From a virus, in IMG/VR virus record IMGVR_UViG_3300005338_000001, positions 1-64,000 of that record: DNA of 64,000 nucleotides; one strand, 5' to 3'. Positions 45,893 to 55,470 of the stretch are shown here, one piece after another (within the stretch, counting starts at the first letter, position 1; each line of letters begins with the position of its first letter). Under the pieces are notes generated by a model. That model was given only the letters and a program-made list of their open reading frames with translations, was not told the origin of the DNA and ran no database searches. A program made the position numbers and the translations under genes.

Positions 45893-46189
45893 ATGCCTCG
45901 CCTGCCACAAACGCCAGCCGCCACGCTGGCAGCCGTTCTCGAAAAACTCAAAGTCGCCAGCGGAGCGAGGGTGGCCGACATCAAACTCGTCTTGAAGGGC
46001 CTTCAACGCAAAGAACGGTCCGGCGCGCTGCCGCCGAACAAGGGATGGGTCTTCGCGGCACAAGAAGCGAAGACGGCGCTCGGCATGGCGAGGCTCGCTG
46101 GCTTCCCGTGCCGATCTGAATTTGCGGAAAAACAAATGGAAGCGGCCACAAAACGCGCCGCAACTTGGCTCAAAAAAGCTGCCGCCTGA
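45893..46189 (+). CDS. Hypothetical basic protein
   Basis: ATG after the upstream stop; A/K-rich. Confidence 0.5.
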   Translation: MPRLPQTPAATLAAVLEKLKVASGARVADIKLVLKGLQRKERSGALPPNKGWVFAAQEAKTALGMARLAGFPCRSEFAEKQMEAATKRAATWLKKAAA

Positions 46190-46291
46190 TTCGTCCTTCG
46201 CATCCCGCTTCCCGGCCAGTCTGGGGGGCGGTCGCGAGGGCCGCGAGGCACTCGGAACAACAACAAACCAAACCTTCAACACATCATCACT

Positions 46292-46942
46292 ATGGGCGAA
46301 TACACACAATACAACGAACGCCGGATCAAGATCGGCACCTGCGAGGATATGCTCTATCTTCGCGCAGACCAAGCCGTCCTTGTGATGGCAGAACGCGGAT
46401 CGGTCGATCCGTTCAACCAAACTGACGGCATCCGCTTCCGCTTCCCGTTTCCCGACGAGGACAGCGTGGAGCCGGGCGCGTTTCAAGACCCGTTCCGCCG
46501 GCTCTATGTCTTCGGCGCGAAGCTGCCGGACGGCATCGATCACCACTCGATCCAGTTCAGCAACCAGAAGGGCCTGCTGGTCTCGCTGCCGTGCCCTGAG
46601 TCACCGGAAGGCAAGGCTGCGACCTACAAGGTCCATAAGAACGGTTACGGCGGCGAAGTGGCGATCAGCCAGCAACGGCTGATTGACGGTAAGCTGGTGC
46701 TAATCTGCGAGTGCGGATCGTGCGGCGCAAAGTACCGCTGTCCGACGCTTGTTGAATCAGAGCCGGTGATCGAGGCGTTGCTGACTCAGTGCGAGGTGTG
46801 GGATCAACGGGTCAAGAACGGCCTCGACAAGCATCCCGACGCGCGGCTCGAATCGTTCCGCGAGATCGCCAAACGAATCTTGGACGGCTACACCCAGCCA
46901 AATCACTGGACGGCATCACCGCGCGAACTCGCCACAGCCTAA
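46292..46942 (+). CDS. Hypothetical protein
   Basis: MGEY..IKIGTCEDMLYLR, RFRFPFPDED, CGSCG. Confidence 0.65.
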   Translation: MGEYTQYNERRIKIGTCEDMLYLRADQAVLVMAERGSVDPFNQTDGIRFRFPFPDEDSVEPGAFQDPFRRLYVFGAKLPDGIDHHSIQFSNQKGLLVSLPCPESPEGKAATYKVHKNGYGGEVAISQQRLIDGKLVLICECGSCGAKYRCPTLVESEPVIEALLTQCEVWDQRVKNGLDKHPDARLESFREIAKRILDGYTQPNHWTASPRELATA

Positions 46943-46945
46943 ACC

Positions 46946-47728
46946 ATGAAACACATCCAAGTCACCGAACCCGTGTCCGCAACCCTGCGCGCCTCCACTG
47001 TCACCGCAAACACCCTAACGCTTCCAGGCCAGCTTGACCGGCCCGCATACGTCGCCGTGATGAAGGTCATCGAGGCAGCGGGCGGGAAGTGGGACAAGCG
47101 CGCCAAGTGCCACACCTTCACCACTGACCCGCGCGAAACCTTCAAGGAAGCGCTCGGCAACGGCAAGATCGCCGACCGTAGCGAAAAGGCTGTCCGCACT
47201 GAGAAACAGGCGTTTTACACGCCCGCCGCCGTGGCCGACATCATGATCGAACACGCCTGCATTCAGCCGGGGCACAAAGTCCTTGAGCCGAGCGCCGGCA
47301 ATGGGGCGCTTATCCGCGCAATTCCGAAACATCTCACACATGTCGAGGTTGTCGCCATCGAATCGGACGAAAAGGGCTGCTGGGGCGCGCTCACTGATTC
47401 TGATCTGGCTCTCAGGGTGCGGGCGATCTTCGCCGACTTCCTCACATCCGATCCGTCGCAAGAAAAGTTTGACCGCGTGCTGATGAATCCTCCTTTCACG
47501 AAAGGACAGGACGTGGATCACGTCACCCACGCGCGCAAGTTTCTCAAGCCTGACGGATGGCTGCTCGCCATCATGTCGCCGTCATTCGAGCATCATAGCG
47601 GCAAAAAGTTCGAGGTGTTCCGGCAACTGATGGCCGAGCGCGGCGAAGTGCTGGAACGGTTCAGCAATGGCGAGTTCAAGGAAAGCGGCACCGCGATCAA
47701 CACCGTTCTCGTAAAGCTTCGCGCCTAG
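46946..47728 (+). CDS. N6-adenine-type methyltransferase (gamma class)
   Basis: FYTP, VLEPSAGNG, VLMNPPF, FKESGT. Confidence 0.88.
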   Translation: MKHIQVTEPVSATLRASTVTANTLTLPGQLDRPAYVAVMKVIEAAGGKWDKRAKCHTFTTDPRETFKEALGNGKIADRSEKAVRTEKQAFYTPAAVADIMIEHACIQPGHKVLEPSAGNGALIRAIPKHLTHVEVVAIESDEKGCWGALTDSDLALRVRAIFADFLTSDPSQEKFDRVLMNPPFTKGQDVDHVTHARKFLKPDGWLLAIMSPSFEHHSGKKFEVFRQLMAERGEVLERFSNGEFKESGTAINTVLVKLRA

Positions 47729-47817
47729 CCGCCCGCCTCCCGTGTCCGCGCTTCGGCCACAGTGCTGGAGCGCGGCGGCGGGATGCTGGAAGCAGCGTTG
47801 CCGAACACACAAACCAC

Positions 47818-48012
47818 ATGAAAAAACAGATCACCGAACCGCAATATCCAGCAATCCTCCATTTCATCGAACCAAAGGGCGACCGCGAATACATCGTGGT
47901 TGCAACTGAGGGGCCGATCTCGGATCATCTCATCTCGGGCTACGAAATCTACAGTACTATGGAAATTGACGAGGAAGGCTCACTGCCGACCGACACGCCG
48001 CTCCATAAATGA
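47818..48012 (+). CDS. Hypothetical acidic protein
   Basis: 64-aa ORF after an intergenic hairpin. Confidence 0.45.
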   Translation: MKKQITEPQYPAILHFIEPKGDREYIVVATEGPISDHLISGYEIYSTMEIDEEGSLPTDTPLHK

Positions 48013-48102
48013 CCTCCCCGCGCCTCACCTTCCGCCTGTCGCTAGCCCTGCTGCTCGCAGCGATCTGCTCAGCCCTCTGCATCGCAATCCAGTAACCACA
48101 CC

Positions 48103-48366
48103 ATGAACACCATCTGGAAATTCCCATTGGCCGTGACCGACGAGCAGTCCGTCATCATGCCGGAAGGCGCGGAGATCCTTTGCGCCGAAGTGCAGCACGA
48201 ACAGCTTTGCCTTTGGGCGCTCGTCAACCCCGATGCGCCCAAGCAGCGCCGTATCATCGAAGTCTTCGGCACCGGCCACGACATGCCGGACGGCTGCCGC
48301 AAGTACATCGGCACCGTGCAGATGATGCACGGCTCACTGGTCTGGCATGTCTTCGAGAACGTCTAA
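48103..48366 (+). CDS. Small phage protein
   Basis: IWKFPL, MPEGAEIL, LWALV, GTGH, YIGT.Q, VWHVFE. Confidence 0.75.
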   Translation: MNTIWKFPLAVTDEQSVIMPEGAEILCAEVQHEQLCLWALVNPDAPKQRRIIEVFGTGHDMPDGCRKYIGTVQMMHGSLVWHVFENV

Positions 48367-48379
48367 CCCCAAGCCGAAC

Positions 48380-48587
48380 CATGAACACCATCCTTGACTT
48401 GTCACCTGTCGAAAAAGACAGCCTCATCATCTGCCTGAACTGCGAGCTTCGCCAGCACACCGGCGAAAGCGCGAGGCACCTGAATCGTATCTTTCGCGCG
48501 CTCGTAGGCCGCGATCACGACGTTTTCGAGCGCCACTGGCCAAAGCACTGCTCGCCACCTGAAAAGTGGTACAAGGAGGCCGAATGA
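48380..48587 (+). CDS. Hypothetical protein
   Basis: MNTILDL... ORF in the early operon; start approximate. Confidence 0.45.
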
Positions 48588-49099
48588 ACGCCTCGCACTA
48601 CCGCTGCCGCGCCTGCGGCACTGTCTGGCCCGCTTCCGAGGCCGTTACTGAACATGTAGCCCTTGACGTGAGGACGTGCGCTGATGCGACTTGCGGCGGC
48701 ACCTGCGATCCGGTGGCCGAGCCCGCTGCCGTCTCGGATGCGCCTTTCCTGTCAGCAGCCGAGGCCAGGGTTGCGCTCTGCGTCACGAGTCATGAGCCTT
48801 GGTTTCACCGTCACCCGATGGGCGGGCTGGAAATCTACCAAGATGCCGAGACAAACGAACCGCTGGCGACGTTCGGCAGCGAGGCCGATTGCGACAAGGC
48901 CATTGCGGCCCACAACATGACATATGCGCTCGGAATCGCGCCCGCTGCGGTGCCGTTGCTGCTGGAGGCGCTGAAGGCTTACGAGGAGGCGCTTTCGGAC
49001 GGTCCCGAGAATTGCAGCTTTGCGCGTTACGAGGCTGTATCGGCACAGGCCCGTGTCGCCATCTCTGTCGCCATCTCTGTTGCTCAACTCAAGCCATGA
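48584..49099 (+). CDS. Hypothetical protein with N-terminal Zn finger
   Basis: CRAC..C...CGGTC; GGAGG and ATGA coupling. Confidence 0.55.
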   Translation: MNASHYRCRACGTVWPASEAVTEHVALDVRTCADATCGGTCDPVAEPAAVSDAPFLSAAEARVALCVTSHEPWFHRHPMGGLEIYQDAETNEPLATFGSEADCDKAIAAHNMTYALGIAPAAVPLLLEALKAYEEALSDGPENCSFARYEAVSAQARVAISVAISVAQLKP

Positions 49100-49389
49100 A
49101 CCTCGACATCGACCCCATGCCCGACACCGCTGCCGTCCCCGTCGCCGAAGTGTCGGGCCTCGCCGAGCAGCTTTTGCGGCAGGCCCGGCTGCTGAACGAG
49201 AACGGAGACACCATTGACGCGCTGCACTTCGATCTGATGCGCGCGAAGCTGGCCATCGCTGAGCTTCTGGCGCTGATGAACGAGCGCATATTGGTGCTGT
49301 CGGATGCCGGACGTTGCGGATCTGAGGCGTTGCGGGTCGTGCGCTGCGTCACGGCGGCGAAGGATGCACTTGAGGATTCGAGACGATGA
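49096..49389 (+). CDS. Hypothetical protein
   Basis: ATGA-coupled on both sides. Confidence 0.5.
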   Translation: MNLDIDPMPDTAAVPVAEVSGLAEQLLRQARLLNENGDTIDALHFDLMRAKLAIAELLALMNERILVLSDAGRCGSEALRVVRCVTAAKDALEDSRR

Positions 49390-50222
49390 ACACTATCCCA
49401 CAAGCCAAGGAATCAGAAGTCATTCGGCTTCTGCAAAAAGGCTACTCGCTTCGCACGGTTGCGCGACTGACTGAAGTGGACAAGAACACTGTGCATCGCG
49501 TGAAGATTGGAAAATTGCCGTTCGTTCCGAAACAGAAGCCGACTCGCCCCGATCCTGATGGCTTTTGCCAGTGTGGTTGCGGCTGCCGCACCACTCGGCT
49601 TCAGTACGACGATCCGGTTCGCGGCTTGAAGGCCGGCCAGTTCGCGCGATTCAAGCACGCGCACTACCACAACTTGAAGCGGGCGCTCGATCCGTCTTGG
49701 GGCGAACACTCGCGCCGGACTCAGCTTCAATGGGAGCGAAAGGAAGCGCTGGTTGTGGCGGTCCTAAGCTCTGGCGGGATCAAGAGCCTTGATGAAATCC
49801 GACAGGAAGTAGCGCCCGAGTTTCGCCTTGAGGGCGCTTCCAAGATGATCAACAACGCCCGCAGGCTTGGTCTGTGGGGTCCGATTCCGTCGATCCTTGT
49901 TCGCAGGCCCCGCAAGGCATTCGTACCGTATGTGAGGATGGAGATTCCCTACGAGCGAGAAACCGAGATTCCGTTGCTGGTAAATCGTCGCTCCATTCAG
50001 GCGCTTGACGCCCCGCATCCTGAGTTTGAGACTTCTTACTACGACTACCTCGCCAGCACTGCCGAGAGTCCGCTTGAGTTGCTGATGCTAAAAGAGGAAA
50101 TGGAGTCGGAGGAATACCAAGACAGACAGAGACGAATCCGCGAATGGCAGCTTTGGAACGAGCGCCAGAAGCCGTTCAATATCGGCGAACTTGTCCACAA
50201 AGCCTTCGAATCCGCATCGTGA
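49386..50222 (+). CDS. HTH DNA-binding protein / possible transcription factor
   Basis: N-terminal GYSLRTVARLTEVDKNTV HTH, CQCGCG motif, IQALDAP segment. Confidence 0.6.
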   Translation: MNTIPQAKESEVIRLLQKGYSLRTVARLTEVDKNTVHRVKIGKLPFVPKQKPTRPDPDGFCQCGCGCRTTRLQYDDPVRGLKAGQFARFKHAHYHNLKRALDPSWGEHSRRTQLQWERKEALVVAVLSSGGIKSLDEIRQEVAPEFRLEGASKMINNARRLGLWGPIPSILVRRPRKAFVPYVRMEIPYERETEIPLLVNRRSIQALDAPHPEFETSYYDYLASTAESPLELLMLKEEMESEEYQDRQRRIREWQLWNERQKPFNIGELVHKAFESAS

Positions 50223-50236
50223 ACATCACCACTCTA

Positions 50237-50601
50237 TGACCGCCGACCTAACCGCCAAGCTGGCCGCGATCCGCGCAGCACTGAACCGCACCATTGATCT
50301 GGACGCCAAAAGGACGCCGGGAGAGTGGCGAGCCGACGCCGACGAGGTGCTGTATGGCGACGGCTGCCTGATCGCTGATTGCATGGTCGGCCTCTACGAC
50401 GATATTGACGACCGTGCGAACGCCGCCTTCATCGCCACCGCCGCCAACACCTGCGCCACGACCGCCAAGGCGCTGTTGCGGGCGCTAGACGGGCTGGAGG
50501 CAGCGCAGGAGGACTACCAGACCGAGGAACAGTTCAAGGCTACTTTTGGGGCGCTGGTGGCGATCTGCGCGATGTGGCCGGACATGGAGGCCAAGGCGTG
50601 A
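50237..50601 (+). CDS. Hypothetical protein
   Basis: RTPGEW...ANAAFIA module. Confidence 0.55.
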
Positions 50602-51182
50602 ACATTCCTTGCGTTGATATTCCAGAGGGTGTTTCTGGTAACTGGCGCGTTGAGCGCTTCACGGTCTCAGAGAAGGACGTTGCGCTGCACAACATCCGCT
50701 GCATGTTCAAGGCTGGATTTGGAAACCGAACCATGCGGGCCGGAACCTATACGCGGATTGTGCGCGGAACCCTGTGCGTCATGTCCGACACTGATGCCGA
50801 GAAGCGCGATCACTGGCAACCCGTCCATCACGCGAAAGGCAATGTGCTGATCAACGGACTCGGGATCGGCATGGTGCTAAACGCCTGCCTGATCAAACCA
50901 GAGGTCGCACACTGCACTGTGATCGAGCGAAGTCCCGACGTGATCGCGCTGGTGGCCCCGCACTGGCGGCAACGGTTCGGAGACCGGCTCACCATCATCG
51001 AAGCCGACGCTTTCGAGTACGCGCCGCCGAAGGGCATCCGGTTCGGCGCGGTTTGGCATGACGTATGGAACGACATCAATCCTGACAATCTCGACGGCAT
51101 GAAGCGCCTGCATCGTCGCTACGGTCGCCGCACCGACTGGCAAGGATCGTGGTGCCGCAGCCTGTGCGAGCTGTATCGGTAG
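50598..51182 (+). CDS. Class I SAM-dependent (spermidine-synthase-like) methyltransferase fold protein
   Basis: VLINGLGIGM, TVIERSPDVI, IEADAF, WHDVW. Confidence 0.75.
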   Translation: MNIPCVDIPEGVSGNWRVERFTVSEKDVALHNIRCMFKAGFGNRTMRAGTYTRIVRGTLCVMSDTDAEKRDHWQPVHHAKGNVLINGLGIGMVLNACLIKPEVAHCTVIERSPDVIALVAPHWRQRFGDRLTIIEADAFEYAPPKGIRFGAVWHDVWNDINPDNLDGMKRLHRRYGRRTDWQGSWCRSLCELYR

Positions 51183-51203
51183 CAGCCGCAACAGCCGTCC
51201 CCG

Positions 51204-51908
51204 CTACAGCTTCAGTTCGGCGGTTTCCATCGGCGGCTCGGTCGGCCTAAAGAGTAGCTGTTGCGCGCACTCACGGCGCAGGCGCGTGCAGGCCGATTCG
51301 TAATGCAGCGGATCAACTTCACAACCAACAAAGTTTCTCCCGCTGCGGAGACAGGCAACTGCGGTTGTGCCAGAACCGAAGAACGGATCACAGATAACGA
51401 AGTGCAGCGGCAGCTTGCTTAGGATTTGCTCGATGATGCCGACTGGCTTCTGGTGTGGATGCGTTCTGCCGCGCGACTCCCAACTGACTTGCACCTCGCT
51501 GCGTAAAACGCCTTCGTCGCGACGCCCGATCCAAGCGTTACCGCGAATGTAGATCATCTCCCATGACGGCTTCCACGGAAACGACAAGTCACCCATACCG
51601 AACGCTGGCCCCTTGTCCCAAACCAGAACCGCCTTTGTGTCCCGAATCGGCGGCGTCTTCCAAGTGCCAAAGGCCGCGACGTTCTCGAATCCTTCTAGGG
51701 CCGCATCGCGCACACTCGTATCTGAGTCGCCCGCAATCTGCGTCCGTTGCCATGATGCGCCGTGGTTCGACGAGTGCGAGATCCCGTACGGCGGATCTGT
51801 AACAGCAACGTCCGCCCTGATGCCCGGCAGCAGCTCCAGCGCGTCGCCGCACAGCAGCGAGGCGGTGCAGCCGTTCAGGGAGAAGGTCTCGGTGCGGAGA
51901 GGCGTCAT
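51204..51908 (-). CDS. DNA methyltransferase, N6-adenine/N4-cytosine type (beta class)
   Basis: VTDPPY, HPHQKP, ICDPFFGSGTT. Confidence 0.9.
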   Translation of the reverse strand: MTPLRTETFSLNGCTASLLCGDALELLPGIRADVAVTDPPYGISHSSNHGASWQRTQIAGDSDTSVRDAALEGFENVAAFGTWKTPPIRDTKAVLVWDKGPAFGMGDLSFPWKPSWEMIYIRGNAWIGRRDEGVLRSEVQVSWESRGRTHPHQKPVGIIEQILSKLPLHFVICDPFFGSGTTAVACLRSGRNFVGCEVDPLHYESACTRLRRECAQQLLFRPTEPPMETAELKL

Positions 51909-52191
51909 GGCAGAACTTCTCGCACGGTGGTTACGACTACGATCCTGAATCCGCTCCAGCCGGGACAGTTTCCGGATGACTTCCAATCGCGATACTCCTC
52001 CATCGCCTTGTCAGCCGATGCCTTGTCCGTGAAGGCATCGATCACATCCCATCGCGAAGGTTGTTGTGATCGCTGAGCCTGGAACTCGTAGAGTATGTCT
52101 TTCATGGCCACTCCCACCCGTTCCGTTCCGCCAGCCGCACACACGGTTGTCGGGGCGCTGGCGGCCTTGCGCGTGGCTTTAGGGGAGTGTG

Positions 52192-52350
52192 TCATGACCT
52201 ATGCTTGTCGTAGAGTGCCATCCATCCACCAATCACGGGAATGATGTAGCGCCACTTCTTGAAGCGCTGTTGGCCGCTCTTGAGCCATGCCATCATGTCG
52301 GCAACGCCCACCACAATGCCAATGATCGCCAAGACTTGAAGCGCGCTCAT
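52192..52350 (-). CDS. Small membrane protein
   Basis: MSALQVLAIIGIVVGV...YIIPVIGGW. Confidence 0.45.
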   Translation of the reverse strand: MSALQVLAIIGIVVGVADMMAWLKSGQQRFKKWRYIIPVIGGWMALYDKHRS

Positions 52351-52568
52351 TCTTCCTCCGTTTCTTCGACCGCGCCGCAATGCTCGTGGCATATTGAGCA
52401 AATGTCGTTGTCTGGCCATCCTGGGCACAGGAAACGGGCGTGACAGCACGAACTGACCGGCATCTCGAAGCTGGTTTCCAGTTTCGGCAACGGTGCGGCC
52501 CGTCTCGCACCTTCCAGCCAGTCGTGGCGGATCGGCTGCTCTGGATTTTCGCGGCTGTATTGACTCAT
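52347..52568 (-). CDS. Small Cys-rich protein
   Basis: SSCC...ICSICHEHC. Confidence 0.55.
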   Translation of the reverse strand: MSQYSRENPEQPIRHDWLEGARRAAPLPKLETSFEMPVSSCCHARFLCPGWPDNDICSICHEHCGAVEETEEE

Positions 52569-52578
52569 GGTTGGTCTC

Positions 52579-53157
52579 CTATTGTTTCACAAATTCTCCA
52601 TGCAGCCGATTTGCGGCTTCTCGGTATGCGGATGATGCCGCTTCAGGGGATTCAAAAAATCCTAGGCAATTACATTTCCCGCTTATCCATATTCTCGCGC
52701 GGAATTTCTTCTTTTGATTCTCCCATGAAACGCCCTTGAATCCGCTCGTGTTGTTGGAATTTTCACCTCGGTTGTAAGCATTCTGTTGATTTGTCGCTGT
52801 CCGCAGGTTGGACCGGCGGTTATCTAGTTTGTTGCCGTTGATATGATCGGTAAAAAATCCCTCTGGCGTATGGTTGACTTCGCGGTGCATCAGGATTGTC
52901 CTCCGTTTTCCATTAGAAGTGGCACTGTTACGACACGCATATCCCTTAACATCAAGGTACCACTTCCATTGCGTGAGAAAATCGTAGTCATCCTTATCCA
53001 CCAGCACGAATTTTCCTTTGGTGATCTGGATTCTGCGGCCTTCCTCCGAGTTTTCCATTTGCCTTGCTGGCGCGTTGCTTGGCGGCAGACTTGCTCTTTC
53101 CTCCGACTCTCCCGCCAAGTTTCCCAAGAGCAACGGCGTGTTTGTTTTTTTGTTCAT
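52579..53157 (-). CDS. HNH-AP2 homing endonuclease
   Basis: LVDKDDY, MHR, DHINGNKLDNRRSNLR, TSGFKGVSW, LGFF..PEAA..AY..AA..LHGEF. Confidence 0.92.
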   Translation of the reverse strand: MNKKTNTPLLLGNLAGESEERASLPPSNAPARQMENSEEGRRIQITKGKFVLVDKDDYDFLTQWKWYLDVKGYACRNSATSNGKRRTILMHREVNHTPEGFFTDHINGNKLDNRRSNLRTATNQQNAYNRGENSNNTSGFKGVSWENQKKKFRARIWISGKCNCLGFFESPEAASSAYREAANRLHGEFVKQ

Positions 53158-53216
53158 TCATGCAGTAAACCAAAAGCGGTTTGGGTTGTCAACGGTTTTC
53201 TCTCGGTAGTATGGAC

Positions 53217-53543
53217 TCATTGCGGAAACTCCAGTTCGTATTCAAAAACAGGATACGGCGTTTCCTCTTCGGTCGTGCGCCAAATCTTGCCGCGCGTTGT
53301 CCCGCTGTTGCCGTCGAACCAGTCTTTTCCGATCCACTCTCGCTCGGCGAACTTCGGCTTGGCTCTGGTTTCGTCAAAGGGTTGCTTGGCGAAGATGTGC
53401 TCATACTCGAACTGAAGCACCTCCTGCCAGTCTGGAACTCGCGCGATGACAATGGACATCATCGTTCCGTCTTCGCTTGTCCAAAACGCCGCCCCTCTGT
53501 TGAATGCTGCGTTGAATAATTTCTGCTCGCGTGTCGTTTTCAT
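53217..53543 (-). CDS. Hypothetical protein
   Basis: ATG after the upstream stop. Confidence 0.5.
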   Translation of the reverse strand: MKTTREQKLFNAAFNRGAAFWTSEDGTMMSIVIARVPDWQEVLQFEYEHIFAKQPFDETRAKPKFAEREWIGKDWFDGNSGTTRGKIWRTTEEETPYPVFEYELEFPQ

Positions 53544-53547
53544 GAGA

Positions 53548-53835
53548 TTATTGTCGTGAATGGATGAAGTCTCTTGGCTGCTGCACGATGACCCGAACCA
53601 GCGCCAGCTTCGCGAGCGTGGCCTTGTCGTCCTGCGCCTCTCGGAGCTTCGCCAGTGTGGTGTTGGGTGAGTGCATACAGTAGTTCCGCAGATGTCCGGC
53701 GATGTCGTGGACCGCATCGGGATCTTGTGCGATGCCGGACTCCGCGATGGTGTCGAGCAGATCGGCTGCCGCGCATAGGTTGCGCAGGTAGCGGGCGTCC
53801 AGCAGGGCGGCGTTGCGACTCTCAGTTTTCGTCAT
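53548..53835 (-). CDS. Hypothetical protein
   Basis: Operon packing. Confidence 0.5.
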   Translation of the reverse strand: MTKTESRNAALLDARYLRNLCAAADLLDTIAESGIAQDPDAVHDIAGHLRNYCMHSPNTTLAKLREAQDDKATLAKLALVRVIVQQPRDFIHSRQ

Positions 53836-54061
53836 CGGTTTCGGATTCTAGGCTGGCTTCTTTGGAATACTTGTCGTCGTGATCAGCGTAGAACTCCTCA
53901 GCGGTGTAGTGCGCCTTGCAGCGGCTACAGTTGAACGCGACGGCGGGAAGTCCCATGACGAACGGTGCGCCCCAGTTCTCATACTTCGGCGCATCCTCGA
54001 TCTCAACGATCAATCCGCAGTCGGGACAGGACAGGTGCCTGCGCATCCATTTTGGTTTCAT
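53822..54061 (-). CDS. Zinc-ribbon protein
   Basis: CPDC...CSRC. Confidence 0.5.
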   Translation of the reverse strand: MKPKWMRRHLSCPDCGLIVEIEDAPKYENWGAPFVMGLPAVAFNCSRCKAHYTAEEFYADHDDKYSKEASLESETDDEN

Positions 54062-54396
54062 CGGAATCGGTAGCTGGGCCAGATTTCTTTCCAGAACTGG
54101 CTGAACGGCGTGTGTCCGCAAGCATCGCAAAAGACTTCCCACGACTCGAAGGCGCGGCTCTTGCGACGCTGCGGGATGGCTGGCTTCGGCTGTGCGGCGC
54201 GCCACTCGCGCAGTGCTGCTCGGCCCGAAGCCGTCATGCTGAAGTATTCGTCGGGCACGAACGATTTTCGACCGGCGCTCTGCATCAGTCCCAGGGCAAT
54301 GAGTTGCTGCATCACGGGGCTGTCGCCGCAGTAGAAGCCTCCTGCTGCTCGGTTGCTGGTGTGGTCGAGGATATCGGCTTGTTGGTTGGTAATCAT
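54058..54396 (-). CDS. Hypothetical protein
   Basis: Operon packing; wHTH-like LIALGLM...MTASGR. Confidence 0.55.
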   Translation of the reverse strand: MITNQQADILDHTSNRAAGGFYCGDSPVMQQLIALGLMQSAGRKSFVPDEYFSMTASGRAALREWRAAQPKPAIPQRRKSRAFESWEVFCDACGHTPFSQFWKEIWPSYRFR

Positions 54397-54399
54397 GGG

Positions 54400-54702
54400 T
54401 CAGTCTTCTTCGTCAATGATTTCGTCGCACATTCCGCCCGCAAGGACGCCATCGCAGATCGAGTGCGTGCAGCGGCAGTGCTTCGCGCACTCGGCAAGGA
54501 ACGCATGATACTCTGGCGTGTCGTGGTCGTCCTGTGGCTGCTGCTTCGCCTCCCGCTTCTCGCGTCTCCGCGCCTTGTCCCGAGCGGCCTTGCGCTGGAA
54601 CGTACAGGGGTTGCAGAACTCGCGGAACTTCGCAAAGATGACCGTGCCGCATCCGCCCTTGCACGGGTGCTGCTCCACGATGGTCTGGCCGGCGGTGTTC
54701 AT
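54400..54702 (-). CDS. Cys-rich hypothetical protein
   Basis: CKGGCG, CNPC, CRC..ICDGVLAGGMCD. Confidence 0.55.
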   Translation of the reverse strand: MNTAGQTIVEQHPCKGGCGTVIFAKFREFCNPCTFQRKAARDKARRREKREAKQQPQDDHDTPEYHAFLAECAKHCRCTHSICDGVLAGGMCDEIIDEED

Positions 54703-54883
54703 GGCTGTTTGTCCGATTTTCGCTTTGGCATCTCGTCATTCCCAAGACATGACTCCAGATGCGTCCAAGTCATCACGGTTCTGCCGCAATTCGGACAAGT
54801 GAACACGCGCGGAGTGTATTTGTGGCGACTGTTGCCGATGATCTGCACCGGCGTGTCAGAGGTGGTGTCGAGTGGGTATGATT

Positions 54884-55270
54884 TCATGACTTGAGTAGTT
54901 CCGGCATCCCTCCGCGGATCGCAGCCTCGCGGCACGCCTGATTCAGCCGCTCTGGGTGGCGCTCGTCGTAGAGCCATCCGAGCCGTCGCGCTTCGTTCGG
55001 GTTTCCGTGAATCCGATCATGCGCCTCGCGCGACACCACGATGAAGCACATGATGCGTTGACCAATCCTGCCGGCGAAGTGATGCCCGTCAGTGGCCGGC
55101 ACGGTCAGGAACGCCTCGCACATCGGATGCTCTTGCAGCCTCTTGGCCAGCGCGCGGCGGTATTTGGCCTGCCACGTGGCTTTCGCGGGGCTGACACGAC
55201 GTAACGGCGACTGGCGCAGGCGTCCAGTGCGGGCGAGCGGCGTATTGCGGCGGATGGGTGAGCGGTTCAT
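54884..55270 (-). CDS. HNH-like (Nin-region type) small nuclease
   Basis: Basic N-terminus, PMCE, ATDGHH..GR, HDRIH.NP..AR..GWL. Confidence 0.6.
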   Translation of the reverse strand: MNRSPIRRNTPLARTGRLRQSPLRRVSPAKATWQAKYRRALAKRLQEHPMCEAFLTVPATDGHHFAGRIGQRIMCFIVVSREAHDRIHGNPNEARRLGWLYDERHPERLNQACREAAIRGGMPELLKS

Positions 55271-55470
55271 GGCGTGAGAGAAGCTAGCAGCGCCTCCAAT
55301 GAAGTGAATTTGTGCATGTCGTCGTGTCCAGGCCATCGCTGTGCTCTACCGCAAAAACTTCCATCCGCGCAAAGATGGAAACACGGTACGCCTTGGTGCA
55401 TCACGATCTGCATCCAGTCCATGTCCTTTGCGGCCAGCAGCAGCGATTTGAAGCGTCGTTTGGTGATCAT
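55267..55470 (-). CDS. Hypothetical protein
   Basis: PCFH...FCGRA.RWPGH. Confidence 0.5.
   Translation of the reverse strand: MITKRRFKSLLLAAKDMDWMQIVMHQGVPCFHLCADGSFCGRAQRWPGHDDMHKFTSLEALLASLTP

Noticed and set aside
49055-49080. 12-bp tandem repeat GTCGCCATCTCT x2 (and GACCCC x3 at 37021)
   Set aside because: In-frame slippage duplications in coding sequence with no sign of function
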